DNA of 60,393 bases, the filler included, from Dugesia japonica (lineage: Eukaryota), in assembly GCA_001938525.1 (NCBI GenBank). It is 5 parts of 5 records of this genome, joined end to end, with 100 filler letters (N's around TTAATTAATTAA, not from the genome) between each part and the next. Parts side by side here need not be neighbours in the genome. Positions count along the whole stretch, not along the records: positions 18,664 to 33,300 come from MQRL01647871.1; positions 33,401 to 42,295 come from MQRL01571313.1; 3 more parts are not named here. One strand, given 5' to 3'. Made by a program: the position numbers and the translations under genes. Each line of letters starts with the position of its first letter. Position 1 is the stretch's first letter. Positions 25,990 to 39,752 of the stretch are shown here, one piece after another. The notes below the pieces were generated by a model, which saw nothing but the letters and a program-made list of their open reading frames with translations, ran no database searches and was not told the DNA's origin.

Positions 25990-28207
25990 CTAAAACATTA
26001 ATGATTTGTTCCAATGCTAAATTAAAACAGATTTTTCAAAAAAAAAACAATTTATAGTTTCTAATGAATTTATTTATTCTATATAGAATATTATAGTTAA
26101 GAAATAATTAAAATTAAAATAAGACGTAACAATTAATCTTATTTTCCTCAGATTAAATAAAAATCATATATTTAAGAAAATCAGAATCTAGCGCTATTGG
26201 AAATTTTTGATTGGACGATGCAACATTTGTTCGATTTTTAAAATAAAATTTTTCTTTTACAGAAGTTTTATCAAACTTAAATCAAGTGATGTAAATTCTT
26301 ACACATAATTGTAAACAAAAATCAAAATAAACTGTAATAATTTTGTTGTTTGACATTTAGACATTAAAGAAATGTTTCAGCTACACACAGTGAAAGTAAA
26401 AAAAATGATTTATATTTATATAAGATTCCAGTTATNGTTTGGTTATTTTTAACGCCATTGGAAACGGCGCAAAACTATTAGCCGATGTTTTTTCGTCGCA
26501 ATGTTAAACGTCGCAAAGTGAGGTATTAGTGGATATCTATATACCAGGTTTATAGAGACTGCTCAAATAACTAAATCACGTTTAGTTTATACAAGAGTAA
26601 AAATTATGTTTGACTTTGAAGTGTGTTTAAACATTTTCATTTCATAAGTTTTCATTTTCATAAGGGGTGAGGTGATGGGCCACTATTTGCCTACTGCGCT
26701 TTGACACTTTTTCAACTGGTATGGCAGTCAATTTATTCTCACAAACAACTCCAACAATATTTGAATTCCCAAGGATAAGCTCAAGTGAAATTCCAACAAA
26801 TAACTCTAAATTACAAAGTTACAATACGAACATCCACCAATCATTTATTGCATTAATTATGCACTTCACTCGGTATGTTGGTAACCAAATAGATTTTTTG
26901 AAATGTTGCCATAGGTCACTTAATTTAATACGTATTTTGATTATATCACTTTCTTTTCAGCGCAGAACAACGCAATAACAATCATCTTGAATGAACCACA
27001 TGTGCATTTAATGAAAATTTAATAAAACTTCGATTTCAATAAAATACACACAAAAGCTAAGCAGGAAAAACATTCGATAATATTAAATATTTTACATATA
27101 TTAATAATTGGTTTAAAAACAGTAGCTAATTTAATTTTTTAGTTTTCAAATTTTAAAAATTACCAATAGTATGAGTTCGTTTATTTGATAAATTCAAAAA
27201 TATATAATTCAGCTAAAATTATTATAGTTGTTTATAATGATATTCTATACTTATCGAATCAATGAGTTCGTAGTATTGGTTTAAGTAATGATTTGGCAAA
27301 AATGAAATAACAAACACCAAAACATTGTATTTTTGCAAGAGCAAATTTCCAAATGATAATTGATGGAAATGATGATGAAATACACAAGTTTGTGTTGAAA
27401 AAGAATGTCATGATATGAATTTTATTAATGAAACTGAGAATGTTCAGTAAATTGAGAAATGAAAATGTAGAAATTAAAACTAAAAATAAACAAACCAAAT
27501 ACAATTTTAGAGAAAAGTATAATTTCAACCGGAACATAAAGGTGAATGGTATTTTATCAAATTATTAATAAGTCGGCGTGTTACAGACGACTAGCTGCAC
27601 TTGACTTTTTAAAGTATAAAATTACAATTTTTTAAGTTTCTTTTCTAATTGAATTTTCATATTGTATTAATGTTGGTTTTGCTTTCTGAGGTAAAATAAG
27701 ATTTATAATAAATTATCTACTGAAAATTGCAAGTAGAATAGAAGTATAGCGTTACACACAGAAGAACAAGCATATTATGAAAAGTACATAATTATATCTA
27801 AAAAATTAGATTACCAATTTCTAACTGACAATTTAGTATAAACAGTTATAATTATTTACATTCCTGCTGATTTGTTTAACTAATATTCACAAAACATCGA
27901 AAGCTTATTAATAAATTTCGTAATTAATTAGACATGCATTCTAGTGGGTTTTATTTTTAAAAATAAGATAACAAAGGAATGAATTTAATACTAAAAATAA
28001 TGTATAAATGTCAAAACTTCAACGAATATTTATACAACAATACAAAATTAATCTAAATAAGCAAAAATGTTGGGGAAAATACCAAAAAACATCCTAAAAC
28101 AGTCATTATCAAAATACAAATTTAACAAATCAACTGGTTATCTGGCAATATTCAAAGGTTTATTTTCAATAAAAAAATCATGAGCTAATTCCAAATTTTT
28201 AAAAATT

Positions 28208-31200
28208 TTATTCCTCAGAATTAACAGTGGAATCTGCATTTTGATTATTTATTTTAGCATTTAGCTTCGTAAGAATATTCTGAAAACAATCTTTACCCAT
28301 GTAGTCTATTTCTCCTCGTTCCCACTGCTGCCGATGATTATTTTCAATTTCTTCTTCTTTTTCCGAATCCGACAATACCGGAACATTTTCAACTTTTTCT
28401 TCTTCATCTGTTGGAATATTGGCGTCGTAATCAGATTTATGATCAACGGATACAGTTTCATTTAACAAACTCTGGAAGTTAATAGAAACTTGAAAACAAT
28501 TTTTATTAATTAATAATATAGATATACCATTGTATCAAAATACTCAAGATTTCGAAATATAAAAACACTAAATTTGTATTAAGTAAAATAATTTTTTATG
28601 ATATGTAAAAGTGCAAATACATTAAATATCCAAAAAAAAATAAAAAATGCAAGTGAATTTTTATGAAAAATTTTATATAAAAGAATCTTCCAACGCTTTA
28701 TACTTATAAATCATATAAATGCATGTCTTTCATTTTATACTTGTTTTCATATTTACAAAATTATTTTGCCAAAGAAAATATTTTCATTATGTATATTGAA
28801 GAAACTATTAAAATGTAAAAATGATTCACATTTCAATGATATTTATAAAAAATACATTAAGAAAATAAAATTTTCAAAGATAACATAATAGTAATAACAT
28901 TTCAATGATTTTAGAGTGAAGAGTCACTTTCTGAATTCCCTTGCTTCTCTAAATTATCAAATTTTAAAATTAGAGTTGTGTGAAGGTAAATTTGAATTTG
29001 AATTTTTTTAATTTGTGAATCAAATAAATTTATAGAACAGTAAATTACCTGTTCATGCTTTTGATTATCATCTGAAGGATACTCCGAAATGGAAACGTAA
29101 TTTGGAATATCGTTTGGCATATTATGATAGCCACCAGAAGTGGTTTCATTGCTGCATTCATGAACATTGACAACTTGATGCTAAAAATATTTTATATTCT
29201 ATTTTAAATACCAAATTTATAGAAATATAAAACAAACTGAAACAATAAAATTTGACTGCCAGCTTTTGTGACATACAATATAAAAGTAATATGACTAAAA
29301 GATTAATTCATCGTTCTTGGTCTCTCTCTTTTACTTTTATCAAAGCAGACAAAAGTCTAAATAAATTAATTTCCTTACTTCATAATAATGGGTATTGTAA
29401 ATTGTTCACGGACAAATAATTTTTTGAAACTTTGAATAAACTAAATGGTGATTTCTCTCGTGTTGACGTATGTGAGGTTGTAGAAACAGATCCTAAAATG
29501 ATTTTATCTTTACCTTATTCTGAAGGCTTTAAAAATTTCAAACTTTCAATTGAAAATGCTTTTAAGAATATTTTAAATATAAAGGTTGTATCTCAATCTC
29601 ATAATGTTAAAAATATCTCTTATAATTAATCTATAACCTCTTTAAGCTTGTGCTTTAATCTGGTCTATCAATTTAAATATAATGGATGTAACACCGCATA
29701 CATTGGAGAGACTTCCCGTCATCTCTGAGCCAGAGTACAAGAGCATAGTCGAAATAGTAATATTGTCGAGCATAGAAGAAAATGTTTAAATTCAATGGGG
29801 TTTTCTTATTTTAAAATCTTGTGCAGTCGATTTAATAATTATTCAGAGAGTAATGTTCGAAGCTTTGTTGATAAGGACGTTAAATCCTAAAAATAATTTT
29901 CAGTTGACAGATTCAACATCGCCCTTAAATTATTTTGTTGATTATAAAGAAAGAACCATCTATTTAGTGAGGTTAGAATTTTTACATTACCCTGATAGCA
30001 TTGCAAGTGATTCCAAAGCTAATAATTATAGTACTTTTAACATAACTTATAAATAAGCTTTGAAAAAGCACACAGTTGAATTATTAGAACGTTTAACATG
30101 AAATAAGTAAAAGAATATCCAAAAGATTTCATACAAATCAATTAAATTTAGTACAAAAAACAAGCCTGAGTCTAACATCAAAGGTATGATTCATATACGA
30201 TGGAAATTAATTTGTTAGCAATACAATAGATTAAAGAATCCTTGAATTAATAATTTAAATCGATTTCCAAAACTAGCGATGAAACTGACAGAGTATTTTC
30301 AACTGCAGGATTGTTTTGTACTGAAATAATATCAAGCCTTGAAGATGTGACTCTGGATAGTTTGTTTTTTTAATGGAAATGAAAAAATATTTTACAATTT
30401 GTATTCTAATAATGCCTATTCAAAATTTAGTACTGATTATAACATAATTAAACAATCATTCCAAATTAATATATCATTTAGTATTTAAAATAATAAATTA
30501 AATTTTTATTTTGTATTCTCAAGGATATATTTTTATTTTCAGATAATTATTATTATTATAAAATATTTTATGTATAATAAATCTAGTTTTCCGATTGATT
30601 GTTCTTTTTATCCAGTATTTAATTTCATGGTTATTTCGTAGAAATTTTGGTGTTTATAGTATGATCTTGAAATACATTTTTGGGTTTCATCCCAGCATTT
30701 ATATGATTTTATGTACCAATTCTTTAGATTATTTTCAATTAAAATTTAGTCTGTTTTGAAATTTTCAAACTCGACTATACGAAATCCTACCGTTTGATTC
30801 TAGATAATATGAGGTATTGGTCTATTTTTATTTATATTTATATTTATTTATATTTTTATATCTATTATATTTTTAAAAGTATACCGATTCTCAAAATATA
30901 TACTCTTGTAGTTAAATTATAAATATCACTATGGGTTTCGAAGTCTTTTTATTTGTAACTTAATTTATATCTATATAATTTGTTGAAAATATTGTATCTC
31001 ATTAGATATATATTAAATATTCCAAAAACAACATAACGTATTCAATTTAATTTAATTTAAAGTGTTGTTTTAATACAATAAAAATTAGTTAGTAAAATCA
31101 ACAATATTTAGAGAAATGTTTTACTTTGAAATAACTAAATTTCTTATCAAAATTATAGTGTTATGAACATATTTAAACTAAGTAAAAGTAAAAATATTTA

Positions 31201-32832
31201 CTTCTTTGTGTTCATCGACACTTGATTCATTTNCATGAATTTCTGGAGCAGTGACATGACTTCTCGTCGGCGATTTATCACGACAATAAAATTTATCATT
31301 CCCCCAGTCTATTCTGTTGAAATCCTGTGTCTAAAATATCAATAAAGAAATAATAACATTAAGACTGTTTAAAGAAAAAAAGTAACATTTTTAATGTTCA
31401 CAACAAAGTATGTATTTTAAAATAATGTAAACTAAATTTTCCAATTTTTATAACATAACTATTTATACATATTTCATAATTTTTTCAGACTAATTTCAAT
31501 GCAAAGTCAAAAAATCTAAAAATTCTCATTCAAATCTCTAAAATTATTTTTAATGATTTATTGTTATTTATTTTTTATTTACAAATTTAGCTATATTTTA
31601 TTTATTTATTCTTAATTTATACAACAAACATTATTAACAATAAATCAAAATATTTTAATATTACAAAAAATTAATTTTTGTATTTTTCAAATATATTATA
31701 TTTGGATTTGCTAAATTTCTAGAGTTACTATTTACAGAGCTGGCCCAAACAAAAGCGAATCCCGGAGTAAAGTTTCCTAACGAGGCCTTTAAAGAAATAT
31801 AAAAATTATCATAAATAGAATATAAAAACAATGTTTTAGTTTTAATATATACATATATTAATATTACACTAGAAAAACTTTTATTAATATAATTAATTAT
31901 GTTTTAAATTATTAAGTTATTTATGATAATTTTTTTCAAAAACAAAAGATAAAAATAATTTATTAATAACATTTTATTTAAAAACGGGAACGACATTGGT
32001 CTTGTGCGGTCGCAAAGTTTGTACTGGCCTCCGGCCAGCCCTGATTATTTACAATAATTATTTTCAAAATTAGAATATAGCCTTATGCCATTAGTATTCC
32101 GCGCTTTTCTCCTTTCACATATTTTTTAAAACTATACTTTTTATGTACCTCAAAGTTAGATAGTTAATATCTATTTATAAACTCGAAAAATATGAAAAAA
32201 AATTCCAACAATATTTGAACATTTTCTAAGTCTAAATAAGCAATTTTATTTTGTTTGCTGAATTAATTAATGAAATATTTCCAAAAATACCTCAAAATCA
32301 AAATAATTTCAAAACTGCCTCTGATTTATTAAAAACTTATTTTCTTTAAATGAAATTTAATTAGTTTATTTATTTTTCACATATTTTTTACATTGATATA
32401 TTTTTGAATTTATAAAAAATATAGAATTGTTCTTTATTATATTCAAATTGCTTTTAATATAAAAATTCTATATTTTTGTTACAAATTCAATTGAAAAATT
32501 TTGACGCGTGATAAAATGTTACAATTTCAAAAAAAATATGTTGTAATTATCCTAAAGAATTTGGAATCCCATGTGTTTGTCACTGCGGTGTTTGTCTACT
32601 TCTAAATGAATCTTCAAAAAACGTTTTGTCACGAGAGGCACCTAATTAGTAATATTAGGCAAATATGTCAAGGAGCTTTATATCTATCTGATACATCTGA
32701 TCTGGAAGAGACCGGAACGCTTTTACATACTAAAGAGATTGGTTGAGGAAGACCAAAACAATAAAGTATTTGAAGTTCGGCCGAATCAACAAAATTTATT
32801 AGTAAATGCGGATGTTGTAGCCAAAGACGATC
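28208..32832 (-). CDS. 3' exons of an unidentified host gene: 32731-32832, 31202-31330, 29049-29180, 28208-28471
   Basis: Four open exons with canonical AG/GT boundaries, all phase 0, that join in frame: DRLWLQHPHLLINFVDSAELQILYCFGLPQPISL|TQDFNRIDWGND...EHKE|HQVVNV...KHEQ|SLLNETV...WERGEIDYMGKDCFQNILTKL...SEE*. The 5' end is lost at the scaffold join. Confidence 0.7.
29270..29945 (+). mobile_element. Intronic 5'-truncated Penelope-like element (GIY-YIG end)
   Basis: NLVYQFKYNGCNTAYIGETSRHL*ARVQEH and RVMFEALLIRTLNPKNN. Confidence 0.88.
30060..30385 (+). mobile_element. hAT transposase C-terminal dimerisation-domain remnant
   Basis: KTSDETDRVFSTAGLFCTEIISSLEDVTLDSLFFL, similar to the hAT PxTSxxSERxFSxAG...RxxL...LxxLxFL motif. 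Confidence 0.7.
31735..32043. mobile_element. hAT-type MITE
   Basis: TIRs CAGAGCTGGCC / GGCCAGCCCTG; 8-bp TSD ACTATTTA / ATTATTTA (7 of 8 identical). Confidence 0.8.
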
Positions 32833-34246
32833 CTGTAAAATTATTTACTAATTAGTAACATTTAAAAAAAATTTAAAAAATAAGTTTTTAATAATTACAG
32901 GGTAATTTTGGAACTTTTAATTTTGAGGGGGCATTTTTGGAAATACCCCTTAACTAGTTTAATAAATTTTTTCATATTTCGGATTGGTTTAATATACAGA
33001 TTTCATCCATGCATTCACACATGAGCATTTATTTATTTACATATTTATTTTTAAACCATTCTTTAAATTATTTTTTCTAAATTTAATTTTATTTAATTTA
33101 TAATCTTTATAATATTAACACTAAAAATAAAATAAAATTCCAATTTTGAATTAAATCTAAATATTACATGATTTAATATTTTCTTGAAAAAACCTAAAAT
33201 CGAAAATCTATTGTGAATGGTAGTGAATATCAAGATAATAAAAATAATAACAGTTCACCCATAACTCTGGAATTTCCTACAAAAGAAATATCTATTTTGA
33301 NNNNNNNNNNNNNNNNNNNNNNNNNNNNNNNNNNNNNNNNNNNNTTAATTAATTAANNNNNNNNNNNNNNNNNNNNNNNNNNNNNNNNNNNNNNNNNNNN
33401 GATAAATATGGATACGAATAAAATTAATTACAGATTGTATTTCTGAATTTTTGATTATAGCAGGAGTTAATAATGATTAATGACGTTTAATTATTAAACG
33501 AGAGCCGGATAGAAATTGGGACCTAAGACGGGATTCAGCATAGTCCCGCTGAATTCCGGGAAATGGGGTATCGTGTTACTAGAAAGAGTAACGCAAATTT
33601 CTGTTGTTGTTAGGTATTCCCCAGACCGAAATTATATCTATCAGAACGAAAATGGTGATCAGAAGAATGGTAATAAAACTCAGGAGATCGAGTATAAACC
33701 AACATAAAAAAGTCTAGCGACCCAACATACCTATAACTACCCATGTTAATTAATTTATTGAATCTCACCAAATTCACATTTGATTTAACTTAACTGAAGA
33801 TTCAAAACGTTTAGCTCAAACTGTTGAAATTTCACCCGGATTTTATCAATTTTCCATGATTACAATTTCGCAATGTTTTCGATTTAACTTTATTTTAATG
33901 TGTAATAATTTATTAAATTTTAAGATTACAATTTTGAAGTTTTAATTTATTTGAATTTTATTTATTTTNNNNNNNNNNNNNNNNNNNNNNNNNNNNNNNN
34001 NNNNNNNNNNNNNNNNNNTAAAATTTGAATTACTTTTTTTATTTTACTTATGCTTTAAATTACTTGAAATTGGAATGAATACTTGTGACATGATTATATT
34101 TAAAGAAAATCTATTATTTATTTAAGATTTAAACCATCCAAAAATTATTCATTTAATGAAAACCATGAATGAAATTTTAATTTAATTTTTTTAAGAAGTG
34201 AAATGAAGACAAATCAAAACGTGTTAACTTCATTTGATTATTTAAA

Positions 34247-35362
34247 ATGAATTTATTAAATTGTTATAATAAACAAATCTTAGAATGTGTTTATTTGAAA
34301 AATTTGTAAATCAGCTATTTACTTTTATTAATGAAATGTATATTTATTTTTATTCGAAAGTGATACTTAATAACTTAATTTTAAATTTCAATTAGAGATG
34401 AGTATGATTTCATTTGTCTTAATGTACGTGACTGTCCTCAAATATTTAAAGAAAATAATGCCTTAGCCATTTGTAGTTGTATAAAGCAAAAGTTTTATAA
34501 ATATTGTTTTGAAAATGCAATACAAAGCAAAGAAGACAGTATTTGTTTATTAGATTAAATCTTTAAATCTGATTTGATTAGAGTTTATAATTGGTGCTCT
34601 TTTAGTTTCACCTGAAACAGCTACATTATGGAATTTGAGAAAACAAAAAGTTTTAGAGAATTCTAATTCAATTAAAAATGAATTTCATTTAATAAATCTA
34701 ATTTTAAATTATTCTCCAAGATATACAGAACCTTGGAAACAAAGGCAAATCATAATTAATTTTGAGAAAAACATTTAATACTTGTAGAATCTGGATATAT
34801 TCAATTATTAAGCATATTAGTATGGATTGTATAAAGGATGATTTCAGTTTATCTTTGAAATTGGCTACAAAATATTCTCATAATTACTTTTTGTGGCAAT
34901 ATTTAAGAAACTTANNNNNNNNNNNNNNNNNNNNNNNNNNNNNNNNNNNNNNNNNNNNNNNNNNNNNNNNNNNNNNNNNNNNNNNNNNNNNNNNNNNNNN
35001 NNNNNNNNNNNNNNNNNNNNNNNNNNNNNNNNNNNNAAATAATTATTTAGAATTTGTTACTGAAAGATTTATTAAAATTACATCAGAATTGGTTGGATAG
35101 AAACTGTTGTGATCTCAGCGCTTGGAAATTCAGAATTTATTTATTCGTTCTGATTTATTCATCTTCATCATCTGATGGAGATTTGACAAACGATTTACTC
35201 ATAGAAGAAGAATTGAAATGGACGAAAAATATTCATGATTTTTATGGAACTCGATCAATTGAAATTTACATGTTAAAATATTTTATAATTAATCAATATT
35301 TTTTATTTGTTTATTTATTTAGGGATGAACTAAATCAACTAATTTGTTCAAAAACGAAATAA
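34247..35362 (+). CDS. PTAR1: Protein prenyltransferase alpha subunit repeat-containing protein 1-like; exons 34247-34305, 34396-34538, 34582-34744, 34788-(gap), 35051-35271, 35323-35362
   Basis: Spliced translation: LDEYDFICL..PQIFKENNALAI..ALLVSPETATLWNLRK..NEFHLINLILNYSPRYTEPWKQRIWI..LATKYSHNYFLWQYLR..WLDRNCCDLSAWKFR..IEEELKWTKNIHDFY. This follows the PTAR1 pattern (LLNPDFTTAWNVRK, PKSPETWxHRxW, YPSNYxAW, SDHS). The last intron is uncertain (51 nt, in frame). Confidence 0.8.
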
Positions 35363-35520
35363 AATAATTTATTTGAATTTTTAACTGGAATTATTTTAAT
35401 AATTTTTTTATTNNNNNNNNNNNNNNNNNNNNNNNNNNNNNNNNNNNNNNNNNNNNNNNNNNNNNNNNNNNNNNNNNNNNNNNNNNNNNNNNNNNNNNNN
35501 NNNNNNNNNNNNNNNNNNNN

Positions 35521-35635
35521 ATTATTGATTATTATTATTGATTATTATCATTTTTGATTATTATTATTGATTATATTATTGATTATTTTTTAATTATTAT
35601 TGATTATCATTTTTAATTATTATTGATTATTTCTA
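35521..35635. repeat. Short tandem repeat (ATTATTATTG-like)
   Basis: Direct observation. Confidence 0.8.
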
Positions 35636-35778
35636 TGGTTATTACCCACCTACAGATAATATATTTACGAACTAATTGAAATTTGAATTTTATAATTTCT
35701 TAATTACATGCCTCAGTCTAATTTAATTCCAATCTCAATTAGTCGTTTATTACGAAACTTTATATCAAAATTAATTAG

Positions 35779-35811
<33 letters not shown>

Positions 35812-35815
<4 letters not shown>

Positions 35816-36800
35816 GTGAAACACCCGGTTTTAGAAGGAAATTATGACCAGGGGTCCAAATTGGAAGTAATAAAATAAAGCAAGGGAGCCGGAAAATTGA
35901 TTAGGATTAATTATCAATTGTTTAAATTATGATAATTATAATAATGGAAAATCTGAAGAGAAGACGAAATGAAGAAAGAAATTGCCAGATGAATAGATTA
36001 CTAGTTTAATTAATTCCGGAAAATTAAGAAAAATTAATTTATTAATCAAAAAACAGGAAAATTATCATTAAAAATAATAGTTATTTAGCAGGAAAAAATT
36101 AATTAATTTTAGTCAAAAAAGAAGTTAAATTAGGTGGGAATCAGTTTTTGTAGGATATCTTCGCTCTAGAAGGTCACAAGAGACCCTAGCAAGAAAATCT
36201 GAAGAGGAAATGTTATCGGGCAATAGAATTTTCCAACAAGAATAACCTACCAGCAACATAAGGCCCACTAAAAAGGTTTGAAGAATGGACCAATAAGAGG
36301 CCAGAAAAGAAACGTAAAACAAAGAAATATAAATAACAAGGTGCTCCAAAAATAGGCACCAATAATGTGACTAAAAATGATCAAAAATTTTAGAATTTTG
36401 GAGTTGGCACCAATAGGAAACAAGAACCGAAAAATAAAAATAGTCAGCCAACAGGAAAGTAGTCGGGTTGTATTGAAAAAGCTATAAAAGCTTCAGAAAA
36501 TTTATTCAAAAAATCTACTTTTTTCATAAAATCCAAGTATTGGGCTATCCGGAGTATCCACGTATTAATTTCAAGGAAAATTTATCGAATTATTTGGAGA
36601 ATAATAAAGAAATCAGAAAAAGGAGTACATCATTCATTTCGGTGTGAAACCACATTTATTAGAAGAAACAAAAGACTGTTGCAGAAAGCTTAAAATCATT
36701 TTACAAAGTAAATTTTATGTTGTTATTACGTAATTGTCAATAATGCAGTAATCCTAAATATATGTTATCTTTAAAATATATGTTATCTTTAAATATATGT
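35812..36800 (+). repeat. LTR-like/promoter-like repeat next to (TA)n
   Basis: Begins after (TA)n; has several CCAAT boxes (~36290, 36359, 36410) and TATAAAA (~36483). No coding motifs. Boundaries uncertain. Confidence 0.35.
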
Positions 36801-38358
36801 TATCATGAATTCATATTTAAACATGAAAAAACGAAAATCATAAATGAATTTTTTTAAAGTAATAGAATTATCAATTTTGTCAGAATGGTCATTTAAATCA
36901 TGATACTGGTAGTGTACTTATAATCCTGGTTCCTGCGAAATAAAATACCTTTGAACGCTGTGTGTTCACCGATAGGAAAATCTGCCGCACAGAGTTGATA
37001 AACCAGAATTTATATCCAAATTTTTCTAGCAGTAATAGCTTAAATATTGAACTACGGCTGTAATTATAAGTTACTACCAAATGATGAGCCAACTGGTGTT
37101 ATTGATTCAATTATCTGATAATAGATACGACCCATTTGTTTAAGACATTTTAAACCAGAAACGTGGAAAATATCATCGTTAAACGTTAATCAAACAGTTT
37201 TGTGAATCACATTATACAAGAGAACTATCACGAAATTTCCACAACTGATGAAGACGTAATTCTAGATCACTGAGTAAATTTGCCGCATTTGACATTTGGT
37301 GAGTTAATAACAGATTACTGCTGTGAATTAGCTAATTTTCTACAGCAGACATACCGTAATAACTTTAGGATTTATCAACAGACCCACTATCAGTATGTTG
37401 TCAATAATAACCTCGATATTTCATGATGAGTCTACACAACTGTTTTGCACATAACTAACTCCGTCTGCCCCAATTCCTGTGTATTTCATCGATCTTCACT
37501 TTTAATTTAGATGACTAATTTTATGGGTTTTGCCGATAAATGATAATTCTGAGATTCGGTGAACATAATTTGCCAAATACCGGGATTACTATTGAATCTA
37601 GGGACACGAAGTTTTGGGCATTAAATTTTAGTATGAGAGACATCCTATTTAGATCAGAACATTTGTAAAACTTAAAAACTCAATCATTGGAATCTCTAAG
37701 ATTCAGTTGGAATTTAAGAAAATATAGTTCCGGGTCGTTCTGTGCTGAGTATCGATATCCACGTGAATTTTTTGTTGATTATTTCATCGGATTTGCAGAG
37801 TTAACATTTTTGTGATCATACATAAATCTAGATTTTAGGTGTTCTTGTATTAGTCACCTGCTACGATGGTGCTACCTTTTATTAATTTAGTTGTATCAAG
37901 TTAGATACATTGAGTCTAACCATAACCATTATTAATCATTATCTCTCCTTGTATATTTAACCTTAACATTATCGTTATTATTATTCTTATCATTATTATT
38001 ATTATTATTATTAGACTATCCCTATTATCACTACTAGTAATGCTATCATTATTATTATTATTAGTTTTATTATTATTGTTCTTGTTATTACATCCAGTAT
38101 TACCATTATTATTACTATGATCATAGTCATTATTATCACCATTATCAAAATAAATATTCTCACCATTAATCCTACTGTTATATCATTGTTTCAACCACCA
38201 ATAATTTTGGGGGTTACATTTAGTGCAAGAATATCGTTTACAAGATTAATAGAAAGAAGAGATAGAAAGTTTTTTTGTTACGGGGTTCGTAATTACGGCA
38301 CCGTATGTAATTGCTAGCATAAGTTGGGTTAACATTTGTTATATTTCTCATTTAGGTT

Positions 38359-38544
38359 ATGCCTGCCTAGTTAAAAACCACCCTGCGGTTAATTTTAAAG
38401 CAGCGCAAAGCCGTACGTCGCAAACAATTAATCGATCATATATTATTTTCCGCACTAGTTAAACACCCTGACGAAACTGACTTACAGTGTTTCGTCGAGA
38501 TGTTCCCATCAAGCTGCCACGTAGATATCGATAAGGAGTTGTAA
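38359..38544 (+). pseudogene. Homolog of the 54-aa cassette ORF (one early in-frame stop)
   Basis: ctcatttAG|gttATG CCT GCC TAG..; MPA*LKTTLRLILKQRKAVRRKQLIDHILFSALVKHPDETD...DIDKEL*; AATAAA at ~38609. Confidence 0.65.
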
Positions 38545-38676
38545 TGGATTTGAGTTCAAAATCACTCTGTATTATAACTCCTTTTCCTCATATAATGTTA
38601 ATTTGTTAAATAAAAACTTTGAACTTGTTTTATTTCATAATTTCATATTTTAAATGTTGGGGTAATTTTTCTTTGA

Positions 38677-38946
38677 ATGAACCATAAATGGGAAGTAATC
38701 CATAACTGGGTTACTGGCCGGATGCTGTTTAAGAAATATACAAATCCTTTTAATCGAGATGCGGTCGTTCTGATAGAACGAGCCAACTTGCCAGCTAGCG
38801 TCGCATACGAGGAGCGACACATGGACTCAACGGCTTGTCAAGCATATTATAACTGGACTGGCCCTGATCACAGTCGCGTCACCTTTTCTGTAAGAATGGT
38901 ATCCACAGACTATGTAAACGGGAGGTCGGTCATGCAACGAGAGTGA
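38677..38946 (+). CDS. 89-aa unknown protein within the small-ORF cassette
   Basis: GC-richer open frame between two cassette genes; AATAAA at ~39132. No homolog elsewhere in the window. Confidence 0.4.
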   Translation: MNHKWEVIHNWVTGRMLFKKYTNPFNRDAVVLIERANLPASVAYEERHMDSTACQAYYNWTGPDHSRVTFSVRMVSTDYVNGRSVMQRE

Positions 38947-39307
38947 AGAGAGAACACCCCTCCTTCACCCGAGCCTGTCCTCACCCTTATCGGTATAGGT
39001 GGATTAATCAGTGACACACTCTGAAGTGTTCGAAACACAGAAAGTGAGGGAAGTGAGGAAAATATCGAGCCCCCCACGGAGAGTGTAACTCATTTATGAA
39101 TAATGTCTTATATGATTTTGTGTTGAGTACTAATAAAATGTTTTTGTATTACATGAAAAATTTCTAACTCCTTTTTGGTTTCCTTTGTGATAGCTGATTT
39201 ATGTTCGACATAAGTTGATTACTCATGATAAACTCTGTCTAACGTTATTAATGACTGATTGATAAATTAACTTTCCTGTTTAATGTATTCTTCACTCAAT
39301 CGTTCAG

Positions 39308-39591
39308 TGGCCCCGACAAAGAAAGTAAGTGAAATCAGTAATGATACCGAAATGTCATGGGAGCTCTATCGTCTTGCTAAACGTCACTAGGAGGCTGACA
39401 CTGCTACAGCAGAAAGTAAGGTCAAGCGTTATAAAAATAAATGTATTGAATTTCGTAAGGAAGCCGAACCCCCACACGCACAGGAACTGCTTTAGAAAAA
39501 TAAGCTGGTCAACGATATAATGGATTTGAGGAAAGCTATGCCACTTGAGCCGTTAATGATAGATAAGAGTACACAAACATCACGGCCATGA
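39308..39591 (+). pseudogene. Helical/coiled-coil cassette protein ending in DKSTQTSRP (two in-frame stops)
   Basis: cgttcAG|TG GCC CCG..; (M)APTKKV...KRYKNKCIEFRKEAE...NKLVNDIMDLRKAMPLEPLMIDKSTQTSRP*. Homolog at 58363-58582. Confidence 0.65.
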
Positions 39592-39752
39592 TCTCCTACG
39601 TTTCTCTTTTGTTAGATTGTAAATAAAATTCTTCTTGAGTTTGAACTGATTTGTTTTCCATTCGTTTACGTTTACCGTATAAATATTTTTAGTTAATTAA
39701 ATTTTAATAGTGATCTGACTATTTTCTATTCTAATTGTTACTATTTGTTTAG

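Noticed and set aside
37245-37275. CTGATGA possible hammerhead (also 1679, 7530, 38469)
   Set aside because: No properly placed stem II plus GAAA, or lies in coding sequence.
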